64,000 bases of DNA from assembly GCA_028023455.1 (NCBI GenBank), contig JAQFVV010000006.1, positions 9,548,001-9,612,000 on the forward strand, in the 5' to 3' direction. The translations under genes and the position numbers were made by a program. This DNA is from Epiperipatus broadwayi (lineage: Eukaryota > Animalia > Onychophora). Shown here in pieces: positions 37,386-50,891 of the stretch; the stretch's first letter is position 1; every line of letters begins with the position of its first letter. The notes beneath the pieces are model-generated. The model worked only from the letters and a program-made list of their open reading frames with translations. It was not told the origin of the DNA and did no database searches.

Positions 37386-38220
37386 ATATTATACAGAAAA
37401 AGTTAAAAGATGGCATTTCAAAGTATCAAATAAAATAATGGACATGGAAATCATATTAATGAATAAATTTGTGATAACAAATTGACTTATATTCTAGAAT
37501 CTTCTCTCTTTCTTTCTTTTCCTCCTCCTGCTTCATCTTTTTCTAGAAATTTATTGCAGAGGATACTTATAAAAAATAATTAAACAGGAATGTTTATTAT
37601 AAATCTATTTTTAAAGCATCACTTTGCACTTTTCACAACACTTTTTATTCAATTTATTCATCTGACAGTTTTGACTATCTGGTGACCTTCTTCGGTACTA
37701 TAAAATACAATTACATTACATATTTTCTTGTTTATTTACACAAATGTTCAATAATAAATTGATATTTTTATATATACAAATGTAGTATAGTTTAATAGAA
37801 ACCATGTTATAGAAAAGATTAAATAAAAATTTCAGTGAAAACTTTGGCACTAGATTTTGGAATCAAATAGAGTTTAAGTTATAGGAAGGGATACTAAGAG
37901 TTTATATGAAGATGGTGGATAGCTTTTATTATATGATCAACATAGTTAGAGGAACACCATAATACATTTATAGCGATTTCCAATCCAGAACATTCAAAAT
38001 CACAGATATTTCTTCAATAACAACTGAAATACATTGGCTAGCATAGTTATATAGTAGTATTGTATAAGTTGCTGTGCAAAAGCTTACAATTATCATTTAA
38101 TATTTTTTATTAGGATGGAGAGAAATCTTATATGGAAAATCATATATTTCAAGAAAAATGAACCAATGCATATTTTGTCTGAGAATAAAATAAGTATATA
38201 ATACTAAATCATAAATGCAC

Positions 38221-38469
38221 TTTACTACTGTTAACAATGCTTTATTTACCACCCTCTTTTACAGTTTCGATTGCCCCAGCAGTCTTCTTCAGAACTTTTA
38301 TATCTTCTAACTTCAAATGCTAAATTCATTTTTTTTCTTTAAATATATATATATAAAATTTGAATTTAGCAGTTGAAGTTAGGAGATATAAAAGTTCTGA
38401 AGAAGATTGCTGAAGCAATCGAAACTGTAAAAGAGGGGGGTAAATGAAGTATTGCGTAACAGTAGTAAA
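38221..38469. mobile_element. HH-D palindrome (~108-bp arms), hammerhead-like motif on both strands
   Basis: 38221-38328 vs 38361-38469; + core CUGAAGA-A-GAUUGC-UGAA-GCAAUC-GAAAC-U-GUA at 38397-38429. Confidence 0.8.
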
Positions 38470-38539
38470 GTGCGTGGATGATTTAGTATTATATGGTATA
38501 CATTTGGCAATGCAATAAGAAAGAATAGTTATTAAACTT

Positions 38540-39620
38540 CTTGAAGAATAAAATAAGCTGATATACCATTGCTTGAGAAACATTTCTCTTAATAAGGAAC
38601 ATCGTATTAAGAGAATATTCATCCAAACATTCTGATTATGACAAGTTTGTTGAGACAAACCAAATTTTAGAAAACTTGAATAAGATCTTAATTAAGTGGC
38701 AGTTATAGTTTTTTTAAATTACAAACAAATCAAAAAATTCCGTGAAAGCAAATTATATTACTGCAATGAAAATAACACAAAATTTGAAACCACGTTTGGA
38801 AAAGGAATTCATTAAAGACTGCATCCTGGTTGCAATGGAATCAATATGTCCAGAAAACAAAAAGAAATTTGAAAATATATGTCATGAAGAATAATTGCAA
38901 AATGAACAGAAAAACTGTTAACAAATGTGGAATTGTTATTAAAACGAAAAATTGGGTGTTTTGATTGATAATCATCAGTGTCCAATGGGAATGAAAATTT
39001 GAAGGACCCTGCTCAATTATGAATTTTTATTTGAGGAATTGATGAACATTTTAATATAACTCAAAAAATGTTATATCTTACCCAACTTGAGACAAAGACA
39101 ACAGGTGACAATATATTTAATAAATTAATGGAGGTACTGCAACAGTTCAATCTTGGCTACCATAATTTGTCTAGACTATCCACTGTTGGAACCCAATTGA
39201 CGGTTGGAAAGAACTTTCAGCATAACAAAAGTTAATTCATAGAAAAAATTTGTATTTCACCATCAATATTTGTGTTCCGTAATTATTAATATGGAAAATG
39301 CAATGGAAGTTATTGTTGAATGCGTAAATGGAAGTAAATCCAGATCTGCATTTACCACTGAGAATTCTCGGAACTTTTTACAGATGTTGAATCCAAATAT
39401 GAAGAACTGATATATTAATGTAAAGTTTAGTAGTTTTTGAAATGAAGTATGCTAAAAAGATTTTTTGAATTAAAAAACAAGGTAAAACTCTTCATGGAAG
39501 TTAAAAGAAGGCCCAAATCAAAACTGGTCAATGAGGAATGGTTGTGCAATTTATCAATTTTTAAAACATAACTATACACCTGAACGAATTGAATACAAAA
39601 GTAGAAATATATATATATAT
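38540..39620 (+). pseudogene. hAT (GTF2IRD2/Charlie-like) transposase fossil, N-terminal and central part
   Basis: KEFIKDCILVAMESICPENKKKFENI, AQL*IFI*GIDEHF, FTDVESKYEELIY*CKV, MLKRFFELKN. Confidence 0.75.
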
Positions 39621-42600
39621 ATGTTGTGCCATTACAATTTAGGTATTAGCTAAATTTGTAGTAATGTGCATGAAAGAAAATGTGGAACAAAATCATCATC
39701 ACATTTTTATATAGCAAAGGAAGGTGTAGGACATCCAAATTTAAACCCTACAGGATTAAGTCCAGAAAAACAGATGGAAAGAGAGGAGGGACAACAGTTA
39801 TATTCTTTAGTTGTTTACACACATTCAGTTATTCAATAATCAATTTGTTAAATAAAGTTACAAAACATATATAGGCAATGTGTGTTAACAAAGCTAGTTA
39901 GTCATTTGTATGTATTAAATATTAACTTTCTTTAAAACTAACCTATGTTTGATCAATTCTAATATCTTATTCTGTTTCTATTTTACTTTTCTATAATTGT
40001 AATGTGAATTGAAAAAGTTACAGATTTAATTTTAAATATTAGGGTTATAATTTCTAAACTAGCATTCATATTATTAATGGGCCACTTTTATAAATTAGTT
40101 GGGTGATAAGGTGTGTGCTTGGATATATTACATACATAAATTTACATTTACTATATATTGAAAAGAAGGGTTAAATCTGTCAAATTATTTTTTTTTATTC
40201 AACAATTTTGTGTTAAGGGAGAAAATCTGTTAAATTAGATATATATTTTTGTAACAATTTTGTTTTTATAAATGATTGTTTGTCATTTTGGAGTTTAAGC
40301 TTGGTGAGAACTCTAATTTTGAAATTGTCTCATCCTAAGATCAAAAGAAAGAAGCTCCAATTTTAGATGTTACAGATATACGTGAGGAAAAAGGATTAAG
40401 ACTATTTTTTTTCTTCAAGACAAAAGTTTGTCTGAAAACCAGGTGTGTGATTTTTTTTTTAATGTTCCTAAAAAAGATTGCACTCTCCAGCTAAAAACAA
40501 ATTGGTCAAAAATAGAAATAAAAATTGGATATAAAAGCAGTCTGAAAATCAGTTGAGGAGGGGAGAGACTTTTAAAAAAAAAATATTGAAACTAAGAGAC
40601 AAGTGTCTGATTCATCAGATATCAATTTTAAAATCTTTTTTTAATATAAAGTTTTTGAAGATTAAAATACAAGGATGTCGGGCTAGAAAAAATATATAGG
40701 TCATCTTGGGCTTTCTCTGACCCCCAGAGCTAGCACATCATATAGGAAGGGGGAAAAAAAGTAATAAGTCTTTTCTGAAATTAAAATATTATACACCTTG
40801 ATGACTGATTAAAAGAAAAATTCGAGATTTTAAGCAAAAGAAATGTCACCTGCATTTAGGAAAATGATTAATTGATTGATAAGTATTAAATCTAGTACAA
40901 ATTGAATCATCTACTACGAATTGAATCCAGTGACTGAGTTTAAACCCAAGAAAAATTATAAATGTGAAGACAACTGTTATATTTCATCCACTATGAGAAT
41001 GATGCTGAACAGGAAAAATTTAAAATTAATATAAGGATTTCTAAATAGTCCACTAAAGCAAATAACCATATTAGAATCATCATCATCAAATAGTTATACA
41101 CCTCAAGAAAGAGATAGTTCCAAAGAAACACGGAAATCGTTGCTGCCAAAGTATAGATATTAAACAAGATAAATTTGAATCATTGGAAGTCGCTACCAAA
41201 GAATAGAACTGGTAATATGAATTTTTTATATATATTTTCTTTATGATATCAGAGACTTAATAAAACTTTAGCAATAAAGTTGTATATTTTCATTTGTTAT
41301 CTCAGAACTTTTAAAGACAATTCAGATCGATTAAAACCAAGAATTTCTTATTAATGATAACCTTAAGCTTCATTAATGATTTTGTATGTACCAAAATTAT
41401 GATTGTTTATTGATTTACAGTTATGAAATATTATTAATGTGTAAAATAATTTTTTTGTATTATTATTTTGGTTTTAAATAATCTTTTAGTTTTCATGGGG
41501 ATAAACACACACATACATAATAATACTTGTTGCATATATGTAATTGTGTGTGAATGTAAAATAAGAGGCAGTATTAAAATATTAAATTATTTTGTTTTAA
41601 GTTAAAGTATAGCATTTCAGAGCTTAGAAGGGAGGGGGAGAAAAAGGTACTTTAAAACTTGTTTCTAACAAACTTGCTCTTTCCAATTTTACTAACATTT
41701 ATTTTTAATCATTCTACTTTACATGTTAGATTGTACAAGAATGTGTGCAAAAGAGAAAAAAAAGTGTTTATTTTTATTTTTTTTGAGATATTTTCTTGTG
41801 GAGTGAAAATCTTGGTCAATTTGACTTCCAAATTTAATATATGCATTATACCATTTACGGGAAAGGGGGAAGAATTTAAAATTAATAGTATGATTTCAAA
41901 TCGTCAATTATGATTATTATTGTTATTATCCATATAAATTTTCATGTAGATATAGAAATTTTTATGTATACCTTAGAAATGCAGTAATAAATGTTAATTT
42001 GTTTTAATTAAACGAGGCGTATATATTTCATTAAGAGTATTTTTTTTATTAGTTGTGATCATTCATCATCAAGGTGAATATTAGCTATTTAAGTTCCAAT
42101 TAGATATACTAAGATTAGCCACTAATTATTAATTTCTGAAACTAAATTTTATGATTAGGCTTAGTCCTAAAGCTGTGGTTGAAACCATTATCGTTATCAT
42201 TGTCATCATCACGTTTTACTTAATGATATAGATAAATGTTTAAAGGCCATAAATAAATAGTAATTTCATGGTATTTAGTTGACATTTGTGAATAATTGTA
42301 ATAACCACCATCCCATCATCTATTTCATGCAAGGATGAGTGAATTGCCATCCTAAATTAATCACATAATCTGAGCTAGTAAAACTTATAAAAAAGAAAAT
42401 ATTGAAACACATTTATTATGTTAAGATCTAAGAAATGATTTCTGTCTAATGAATTTATATACTCCACTTTAGTTTAAGGATGATTTATGTTTACCTAAAT
42501 ATTGGTGCATCCAGTGATATGGATCTAAAAGCAAAATCCTCCATTTTTATTAGAAATAAAGTACCAAAAGGGGATTCAAACCTGGTACATGTGAAAAAAT

Positions 42601-43129
42601 TATAAGATGTAACTGTGTCTAGGTTCAGATAATCTAGTAGCGCCCTCTAGACCATATTCACTTATTTATTTAAATATGCATTTGACATCAAACCAAGAGA
42701 TGGAAAGTGAATAAAATCTACCTTCCGTGTACCGGAGAAGATATTTTATTGAGTTACTACTAATGTACTCACCCACTTGATGTTATTTCCTGAATTATAA
42801 TAGTTTGTTCTTAATAATTGTTTATGGTTTCTACTTGTTTATTGATGATACAATGCCTGCTTAACCAGGGTTTGAAATAGGCCAGACACCTTAAATGATT
42901 AGTCTCCAGGCATTATTGTTTCTCATTATTGATATTGCGATATCTTGAGAACTCTAATTATAAAAATATGTTTAATTTATTCCTACTCATCATTTTAATA
43001 TTTATTTACTATTATAGCTACTATCCAGGTATAAAATGGTCAAATGGTAATATTTATATTTGAATCTTCTCTACCTTTATTTATATTTGAATTCTTTTGA
43101 GCTCTGTATTTTATGTTATAATATATATA

Positions 43130-43860
43130 TAATAGTGAACAAATTGCATGGAAGCATTTTTGTATTGTAAAACAAATTGAAATGGTTTCAAAATCAATTA
43201 AATAACAATTTTATTAATTTTTCAACAGTTTCCAAAATTGTTAGCAATACTTATGGAAAACAAACATGTATCGATATTTTAATAAAATTTCACAATGAAT
43301 TTGTACAAAGATTCACCAATTTTGAAAACAAAGTAATATATTTTGAAGTATTTTCATCTCCATTTCGATATCTGACAAAAATAAACTTTCTGAAAAATTC
43401 CAGATAGGAATTTCAGAATTCCAAGAAAACACATTTAAAGATGACATTTTTGGAATTATCTATTCATGAATACTACTAACATTTAGAACCTCAAGAATTT
43501 CTAAACTTATTCGACAATACCAAGAGTGTAATATCATTATTTCAGATCACATTTTAAGTGCAAACAATTTTTTTCCAAAATGAGGTTTAATATTTACTGA
43601 GGCTATAACCTCAATAATATCCGTATAAAATGCGACCTCTACAGAGGTCCCTACTATCGCATTTTATACGCATATTATCGAGATTATAGCCTCAGTAAAT
43701 ATTACTTACGTAATCAATGTGCGTTTAATAAATTTATAATTACAAAATGAGGTTTACTAAATCGAAAAAATAGATCCTGCATAATTGGTGAACATTTAGA
43801 ACACACCTTGTGCATTCCCACTACCAATATTGTATTGGATATGAATTCATATGTTAAAAA
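43130..43860 (+). pseudogene. hAT transposase fossil, C-terminal dimerisation region, interrupted by an insertion
   Basis: LIKFHNEFVQRFTNF...FSSPF; CKQFFSKMRF|TKSKNRSCIIGEHLEHTLCI reads through once the insertion and one TSD are removed. Confidence 0.75.
43590..43742. mobile_element. Family G fold-back insertion with a 14-bp TSD
   Basis: TSD caaaatgaggttta at 43576-43589 and 43743-43756; hairpin 43589-43703; tail 43704-43742 is the reverse complement of 20515-20553. Confidence 0.9.
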
Positions 43861-43975
43861 AGTCAAGCATTGGTGGCCGAGTGGTCAATGCAGCAGCCTT
43901 ACAAGCAGTTGTCCCGGGCTAGCGGGTTCGCTTTCCGACTGATGCTTTGACACATGGGGGAAAAAAGTAAGCAAT
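43861..43975 (+). mobile_element. tRNA(Val-TAC-like)-derived SINE head or tRNA pseudogene
   Basis: A box TGGCCGAGTGG, anticodon-like loop TTACAA, B box GGGTTCG, acceptor GCATTGG/CTGATGC; second copy at 55275-55389. Confidence 0.7.
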
Positions 43976-44760
43976 GGTAAATACCTCACTAAATTTTGGA
44001 TGAACATTGTAATTTTCCTATTTTTGCTTGCAGTTATATAATTATATATGAATGTAATAATTCAATTCGATTTTATTAAGCATGTAACAACAGATTAATA
44101 ACAATCCATAATACAGCTTTTACAAACCAAAAATTAGTTTACATTGATTTAAGAAATCATGAAAATTCAAATGAAACATCAATATCCAAAAATATCATAT
44201 TACTACCAATTATGATTATTTTTTAATATAAAATGCATTATTTCTCATTACGTTAGGAATTCTATAATTTACATTATGAATAAATCCTGATGCATGAAAT
44301 TTGCATAAAAGTTTTTTTAAAAAATACTAAATCAAGATTGCCCACACACTAGTAGGTTTTTAAAGCTTTTAGGTGTATGATAAGTATTTGCCAGACGTTA
44401 AAGGAAAAACCATAGATTACTATAGATGCGCAGCAGTTGTACATTTTTGTGGAGAGTTGCTCATGCCTCTCATGAAATATGCTAACTTGGTATAAACCTA
44501 TAAAGGTTCCAATTTTGATATCAACATTCATATACAGTGCCTTAACTAAATTAATTTAATATTTTCTCAAGTTCAGCATAAATGAAATACATTTTATTCT
44601 TTCAAATTAATTTAAATTTGTTACTTCATATTGTTATATATCTACTGATATAGGCCCCTTTTTAGGTAATTATTTCCATAAACACTAAATTAGGTTATTC
44701 AGGCATCAGCGAGTAATAGAGAAATTTTATCAACAAGAGTACAACGGTAGGTAAAAAAAA

Positions 44761-44776
44761 AGGTTGACAACCCCTG
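44761..44776. repeat. Orphan hAT right TIR
   Basis: aggttgacaacccctg, similar to the TIRs at 28590 and 59181; matching left end not found. Confidence 0.55.
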
Positions 44777-46299
44777 CACTATGTCATTCAACATTTTTTT
44801 ATTAGATATGCTTCATTACTCTCAGATAATTGTAAACTACACCTACCATTTACCCTCGTTACATTTTGTGTTAGAATTCCAAACAACAGAACAATAATTA
44901 TTTGTAGGAACAAGTATTACATTAAATGAATGCATGATTGCTTATGTAAAACCTCTTTTGACTTTGCTATAATCCAAAAAATTCTATTACATTTAAAGAT
45001 AATTTTGCTGATGTGGCTTTAAAAAAGACCATAACTATCCCTAAATTCTTTATTTTATCTTTTCTAGGACTAACAATATTATTTAGAGAATAATGAAAAA
45101 AACTGGGCAATGTTTTATGGAATAATGAATATTTTCTCAATATTAACAATCATTTTATTTTTTTTACACCCCACAAAGGTATATATAGAACTCTGCAATC
45201 TTAAATGATCAGATAAATTATCAATTCTAAGAAATAACTTTATATCATCTGCAAACTATTACAATTGATAACAATTTAAGATGTATCCTAAGTATAAAAT
45301 GAAATAAAATAGATCCAAGAATGTGAATGCTTCCTTGAGGGACTCCAATAATATAGTAAATTTCAGATTCTTTGAATCTGTAAGAAACATAATTTGGATT
45401 ATGAATTGGCCCATCACAGAAGAATGTTGCACACCATGCATTAAACCATGGAGGACAACATAATTATTCAAGTCATTAATTTAACCATAACAGCTGTTTT
45501 AAAAATACACGACTCTAATTTAAAATGCAATTAATTTTTTATATTATCAATATTACTTTATGTTTATAATTAGAGAACCTCTTGAACTGTTTCCTTTATT
45601 TACTCTTTTTTTTAAAACTTTCTTACGGCTCTCTCTACAGAATTTTTTTAAAACCATACTTGAATAATTTATTTTTATAATTAATATTATACAAATCCGA
45701 AAATAATTTGCATTACCTTCTGGTAATCACTGACATCTCATGCTTATGTTAGGTGGTGTTAGAATACAGAGAAATGCTATTATTAATATGATAAGCTATG
45801 AGAATCAATTTATATGCTGGTATTAGCTATTATAGTTTTTTATATATTAATTTTTCTGGCATTGATGTTAGTTTCTATCAATTATTCTGCTTTCTAATTT
45901 TCAATATCCAATAAATGACAGGTGTAATCAGGTCAAAATCTTACATTTTTATACTGTTTCTAGTTAAAGAGTTTCCTTTTCATCCTCTTACTTTGAAAAA
46001 GAAAAAGATCAAGTTACTTTGAAACAGATATTTTATTTTTAAAAATATTGTTTTAGTTTTATTCAGTATTAGAGATGAATTATTAAATACTTTTATATAT
46101 CTTTTTTATTTTATAATATATGTCATATACTGAAATAATTTAAGATTTTATGATTTAGATATCAATTAAATCATTCTAACATTTTAAGTTGTGAAATGAA
46201 AAATTTAAAATCCAGTTCATTTTAATTATGTATTTTTTTATTTCATAGGTTAAAAAATTTCAAAATGTCAGAAATTATAATATATATGATATAATATTT

Positions 46300-47166
46300 A
46301 AATACAAGTATAATGTCTATAATGAACTTAATGTAATTAGAAGTGATTTGAACTCAGACTTTCAAACTTTCAAGCTCTCTACAACTATCCACTCCATTTC
46401 ATATAACTGATACCCATGACCACATATATGTGAAAATGATCTCTAATATACCGATTTTGTGCTGCGCCAGCACTCATCAGTTGGCTCAAATCAGCATCTC
46501 TCACACATGTATAAAAATCAGTGCTCAGCTTAGCAAATCTTCAAACTTTAATGGACAGGCTTCAATCTTCTCCACCCCACAACTTTTCAGCCATCTATAT
46601 CATTGGAAATTTAATGATGGAACACTGAAATCCCATAATGATGCAACCTTATTGTCATACTCATGTTGACTTTAAATCATTTTGACCCCTCATTTATAGG
46701 ACTATTCATTTAAATACACACAAAAAAAGATGGGCAGAATACGGGCTAATACAAGTATATTATCTATACTCAAGTTAATGTAATTAAACAGGATTTGAAC
46801 TCAGACTTTCAAACTCCATATAGCTATCCACTCATCTTATACAAACAATATACATAACCACATAAATGTCAAAAAAATAAATGATCTCCAATATATGTAT
46901 TTCATGCTGAACCAGCACTAATCAGTTTGGTCCATATTATAATCTCCCCACAAATATACATAATCAGTGCTCAGTTTATATTAAGATAGCAAATCTTCAA
47001 AGTCAACATGGGTATGACAATAATGTTGGCATCAACAAAGGTTTTGAGTATTCCATCATCAGATTTTCAATGATATGGATGGCTGAAAAGTTGGAGGTTG
47101 CAGTGGATTGAAGCCTGGCCATTAAAGTTTGAAGATTTGCTATCTTAATATAAACTGAACACTGAT

Positions 47167-47197
<31 letters not shown>

Positions 47198-49680
47198 AGT
47201 TGGGGAGATGATCTGAACCAATTGAATGTTGGTTCAGCTCGAAATATGTATATTGGAGATCATTTATATTTTCCACGTGTATGTGGTCATGTATAAAAAT
47301 TACAAAAGATAGACTGGATAGCTGTATAGAGCTTGAAAGTCTGAATTCAAATCCCTTCTAATTCCATTAGGTTCAACATTGACAATATACTTGCATTTAA
47401 ATATTGCATATTTAGCGTGTATTCTGCCCAGCCCTCCTCTCTGTATTTAAATGGATATATTAAGATCCTATACATGAGATGTCAGAATGACTTAGACTCA
47501 ACATGGGTATGACTATAATGTTAGCATCAACAAGAGCTTGTTCTAGCATCATATTTTCAATGGTATGGATGACTGAAGAATTGGAGTTAGGAGAAGATTG
47601 AAGCCTGCCCATTAAAATTTGAAGATGTGCTACCCAAATAGAAACTGAACACTGATTATATACAATGTACGGGGGATGATGATCTGAACCAACTGATGAG
47701 TGCTAGTTCTAGTTCAGCAGAAAATACATATATTGGAAATAATTTGTTTCCGCCTGTATATGGTTATGATGTATTAATTGTATGAGGTAGAGTGGATGGC
47801 TGGAGGGAGCTTGATATCCTGTATTCAAATCCTTTCACTTAAGTATAAAAACATACTTGGCATTTAAATATTACAGAATCAGCTTGTATTCTACCCATCC
47901 TTCTTCTGGGTATTTAAATGGTCATAAGGTCCTACATATGAGGGGTCAGAATGACTTACAATCAAGATGGGTGTGACAATACCATCATCAGATTTTCAAT
48001 GATATGGATGACTGAAGAGTTGTAGTAGAGAAGATAGAAGCCTGTCCATTAAAGTTTGAAAATTTTGCTATCTTAAAACAATCTGAGCACTGATTATATA
48101 TGTGTGTGGGAGATGATAATCTGGACCAACTGATGACTGCTAGTTCAGCACAAATTTATATCGGAGATCATTATCTTTTCACATGTATATGGTCATGTAT
48201 ATCAGGTAAGATGAAGTAGATAGCTATAGGGAGCTTGTAAATCAAAGTTCAAATCCCATCCAATTGCATTAAGTTCAGCATAGACAATATACTTGTATAT
48301 AATATTATCCATTTAGCCTGTATTCTGCCCATCCATCTTTTGTATATTTAAATGAATATATTAAAGTCCTATACATGAGGGGGTCAGAGTAACTTAATGA
48401 CAACATGGATGTGACAATAATGTTGGCATCAACAAGGGCTTCAAATGTTGTATCATCAGATTTTCAATGATGAGAATGGATGAAGAGATGGAGGGTGGAG
48501 AAGATTGAAGCCTGTCCAGTAAAGTTTGAAGATTTGCTATCTTAATATAAACTGAGGACTAATTATACATGTGTGGGAGATGATTTGGAAAACCCAAGGA
48601 GTTCATATTCAACACAAAATATGTATACCAGAGGTCATTATCTTTTTCACATATGTATAATCATGTGTATTGAATGTAAAAGAAGTGAATAGCTATAAAC
48701 GGCTTGAAAGTCTGAGTTTAAATCCCTTTTAATGTATATTTAAGACATTCTTATATACCTGGAATTTAGATATAATATAGGGAATGTGAACACAGACTTT
48801 CAAGCTCCTTTCAGCCATACATTCTATCTCATATAATACATGTGACCACACACATGTGAAACAAATAAATAATCTCCAATATACATCATTTCCCACAATA
48901 CATATATATATAATCAATGCTCAGATTATATTAAGACAACAAATCTTTAAATTTTAATGGACAGGCTTCAATCTACTTTACCCTCCAACTCTTTAGTCAT
49001 CCATACCATTGAAAATCTGATGATGGAATGACCAAATCCTTTGTTGATGCCAATATTATTGTCATGCTCATGTTGACTTTAAGTCACTCTGACCTTTCAC
49101 CTATAGGACCTTGCCCATTTAAATACACAAAAGAGGAATGGGCAGGGTATTCACTGAATCTGTAATATTTAAATACTTTTACTTCATATACTTGGGAGTT
49201 TAGAAATTATATAGGGGATTTGAATACAGACTTTTAAGCTCCATTCTATCTCATACAACTGATGCACGTGACCATACAGATAAATGATCTGTGTGTTTAA
49301 GTGGATAAGGTCCTACACATGAGGAGTCAGAATGACGTAGTCAACACGGGCATCATGATAATTTTGACATAAACAAGGGATTTGGGCATTCCATCATCAG
49401 ATTTTCAATGGTATGGATGGCTGAAGAGTTGAAAGGTGGAGTGGTTTGAAGATTGTCCTTTAAAAGTTTGAACATTTGCTATCTTAATATAACCTAAGCA
49501 CTGATTATTGTGTGGAAGATGATGATTTGGAACAACTGGTAAATGCAGATTCAGCACAAAATATATATATTGGAGATCATTCATCTTTTTTACATATATG
49601 TGGACACATGTATCAGTTGTATGAATAAAGTGGATGGTTGAAGGAAGCTTGAACATGTGTTTGAATCCCCTATATTATAT
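46300..49680. mobile_element. HH-E multimeric array: at least 8 units, 3 inversions
   Basis: - units 46300-47002; + units starting 47003, 47498, 47962, 48400 (periods 495, 464, 438); - units ~48770-49290; + unit ~49290-49670; hammerhead motifs at 46435-46492, 46881-46935 (-), ~47210, 47693, 48130, ~48585, ~49535 (+). Confidence 0.9.
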
Positions 49681-49879
49681 ATATTAGCTTTATTATTTAC
49701 AGGATGCCCAGTGCAGATGTAATACTCCCTAAGTCACTTCATAATAATGATTAAGCTTGTAGAGAGTAGACCTTAAGAACAGAGAGCAAGTTAGCAAATC
49801 CATTACAGATAGAAAAGAAATAAATAAAAGCAAAATTTGTTTAAATGCAATTTAATATTTAAATGATTACAAAATTAAA

Positions 49880-50062
49880 TCTTAAACGGGATCCCAAGAG
49901 ATTGTAAAAAACCCAGAAAGAGACCACATGTGAGATGGATGGATTAAATAAAGTGTGCAGGGGTGATGTGGAGAAGAGAAGCTCAAGATAGGAAAAGATG
50001 GATTGAACTTGGAGAGACCTTCATCCTGCAGTGGATTGATAATGGTTGATGATGATGATGAA
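49880..50062 (+). mobile_element. RTE LINE 3' end with (TGA)n tail
   Basis: gggatcccaagagattgtaaaaacccagaaagagaccacatgtgagatgg...GETFILQWIDNG* then gatgatgatgatg. Confidence 0.85.
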
Positions 50063-50708
50063 AGAAATCAAACTTATGTGTACACACACACATTCAATGA
50101 TTTGGGAATATTAGACTGTGAATGGGATGAATGTACAATTTTTTAACATGCATGTATTAAGCCAATAAACACATCACATGATCACCAATATATATAGAGA
50201 ATTTTGCCGGTTTTAATGCATGTATTAAACAGTTCACATTTTTAGGTAAATAAATTAGCATTCCAATGTAAAAAGTTACATTTTACCTAAATTAATTAAA
50301 TTACATTTACTAAAAGTGGCAATGTCTTTTTTTTTTTTAAATAAAAAGCTTTTAAATTTGCTAATGGGATAGTTGTAACTTATTTAGATAAAAATCTCAA
50401 AATGTTAAATTTAAATCTGAAAATCTTTTGTCTTTAATTTACCCAATAGCCAAATCTTGAACTAATATATTTTTTTTGTTACACTGGCATGTTTTAATTG
50501 TTCAAAATGTTATATACCAGGTTTATTTTTATTTATTACAGCTCTAGCGTTAATGTATAAAAGGCGGCCATTTTCTTTTTAGTTATTGTTATTTCAACTT
50601 TGAACAATATGGTAAAGAATCAAGAATATTTTCCAGAGTAATTTTAAGGCAGAAATTGTATATTTGATAATTTTAATTAATGAAAAGGCTTATGGCTTTA
50701 TTGCTCAG

Positions 50709-50800
50709 GAGGTCATAAGATGTTCGAGCGCCAGATGTGTGACAGAATTGATCCTAAAATTTCCCGATCCCAAGTCAAACACTCTACCAAACTATGCAGG
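50709..50800 (+). CDS. Putative coding exon of an unidentified host gene
   Basis: ttgctcag acceptor and gtataat donor; two open frames (GHKMFERQMCDRIDPKISRSQVKHSTKLCR or EVIRCSSARCVTELILKFPDPKSNTLPNYA); keeps CpGs. Confidence 0.35.
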
Positions 50801-50891
50801 GTATAATCTTAATTATATACATATATATCATTTTTTGGTGTTTTTTATATTTGTAAAAAATTAGAAATTTTAATAAAAATTTGTTCCACAG

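Noticed and set aside
47912-47946. Twister-like motif (taaatg...ggtccta...atgagggg) in HH-E
   Set aside because: P4 and the T2 pseudoknot cannot be formed by eye; an Infernal twister scan would be needed to revive it.
49011-49030. Second CTGATGA in HH-E (gaaaatctgatgatgg) as another hammerhead
   Set aside because: No downstream helix II plus GAAA; it forms only a simple hairpin.
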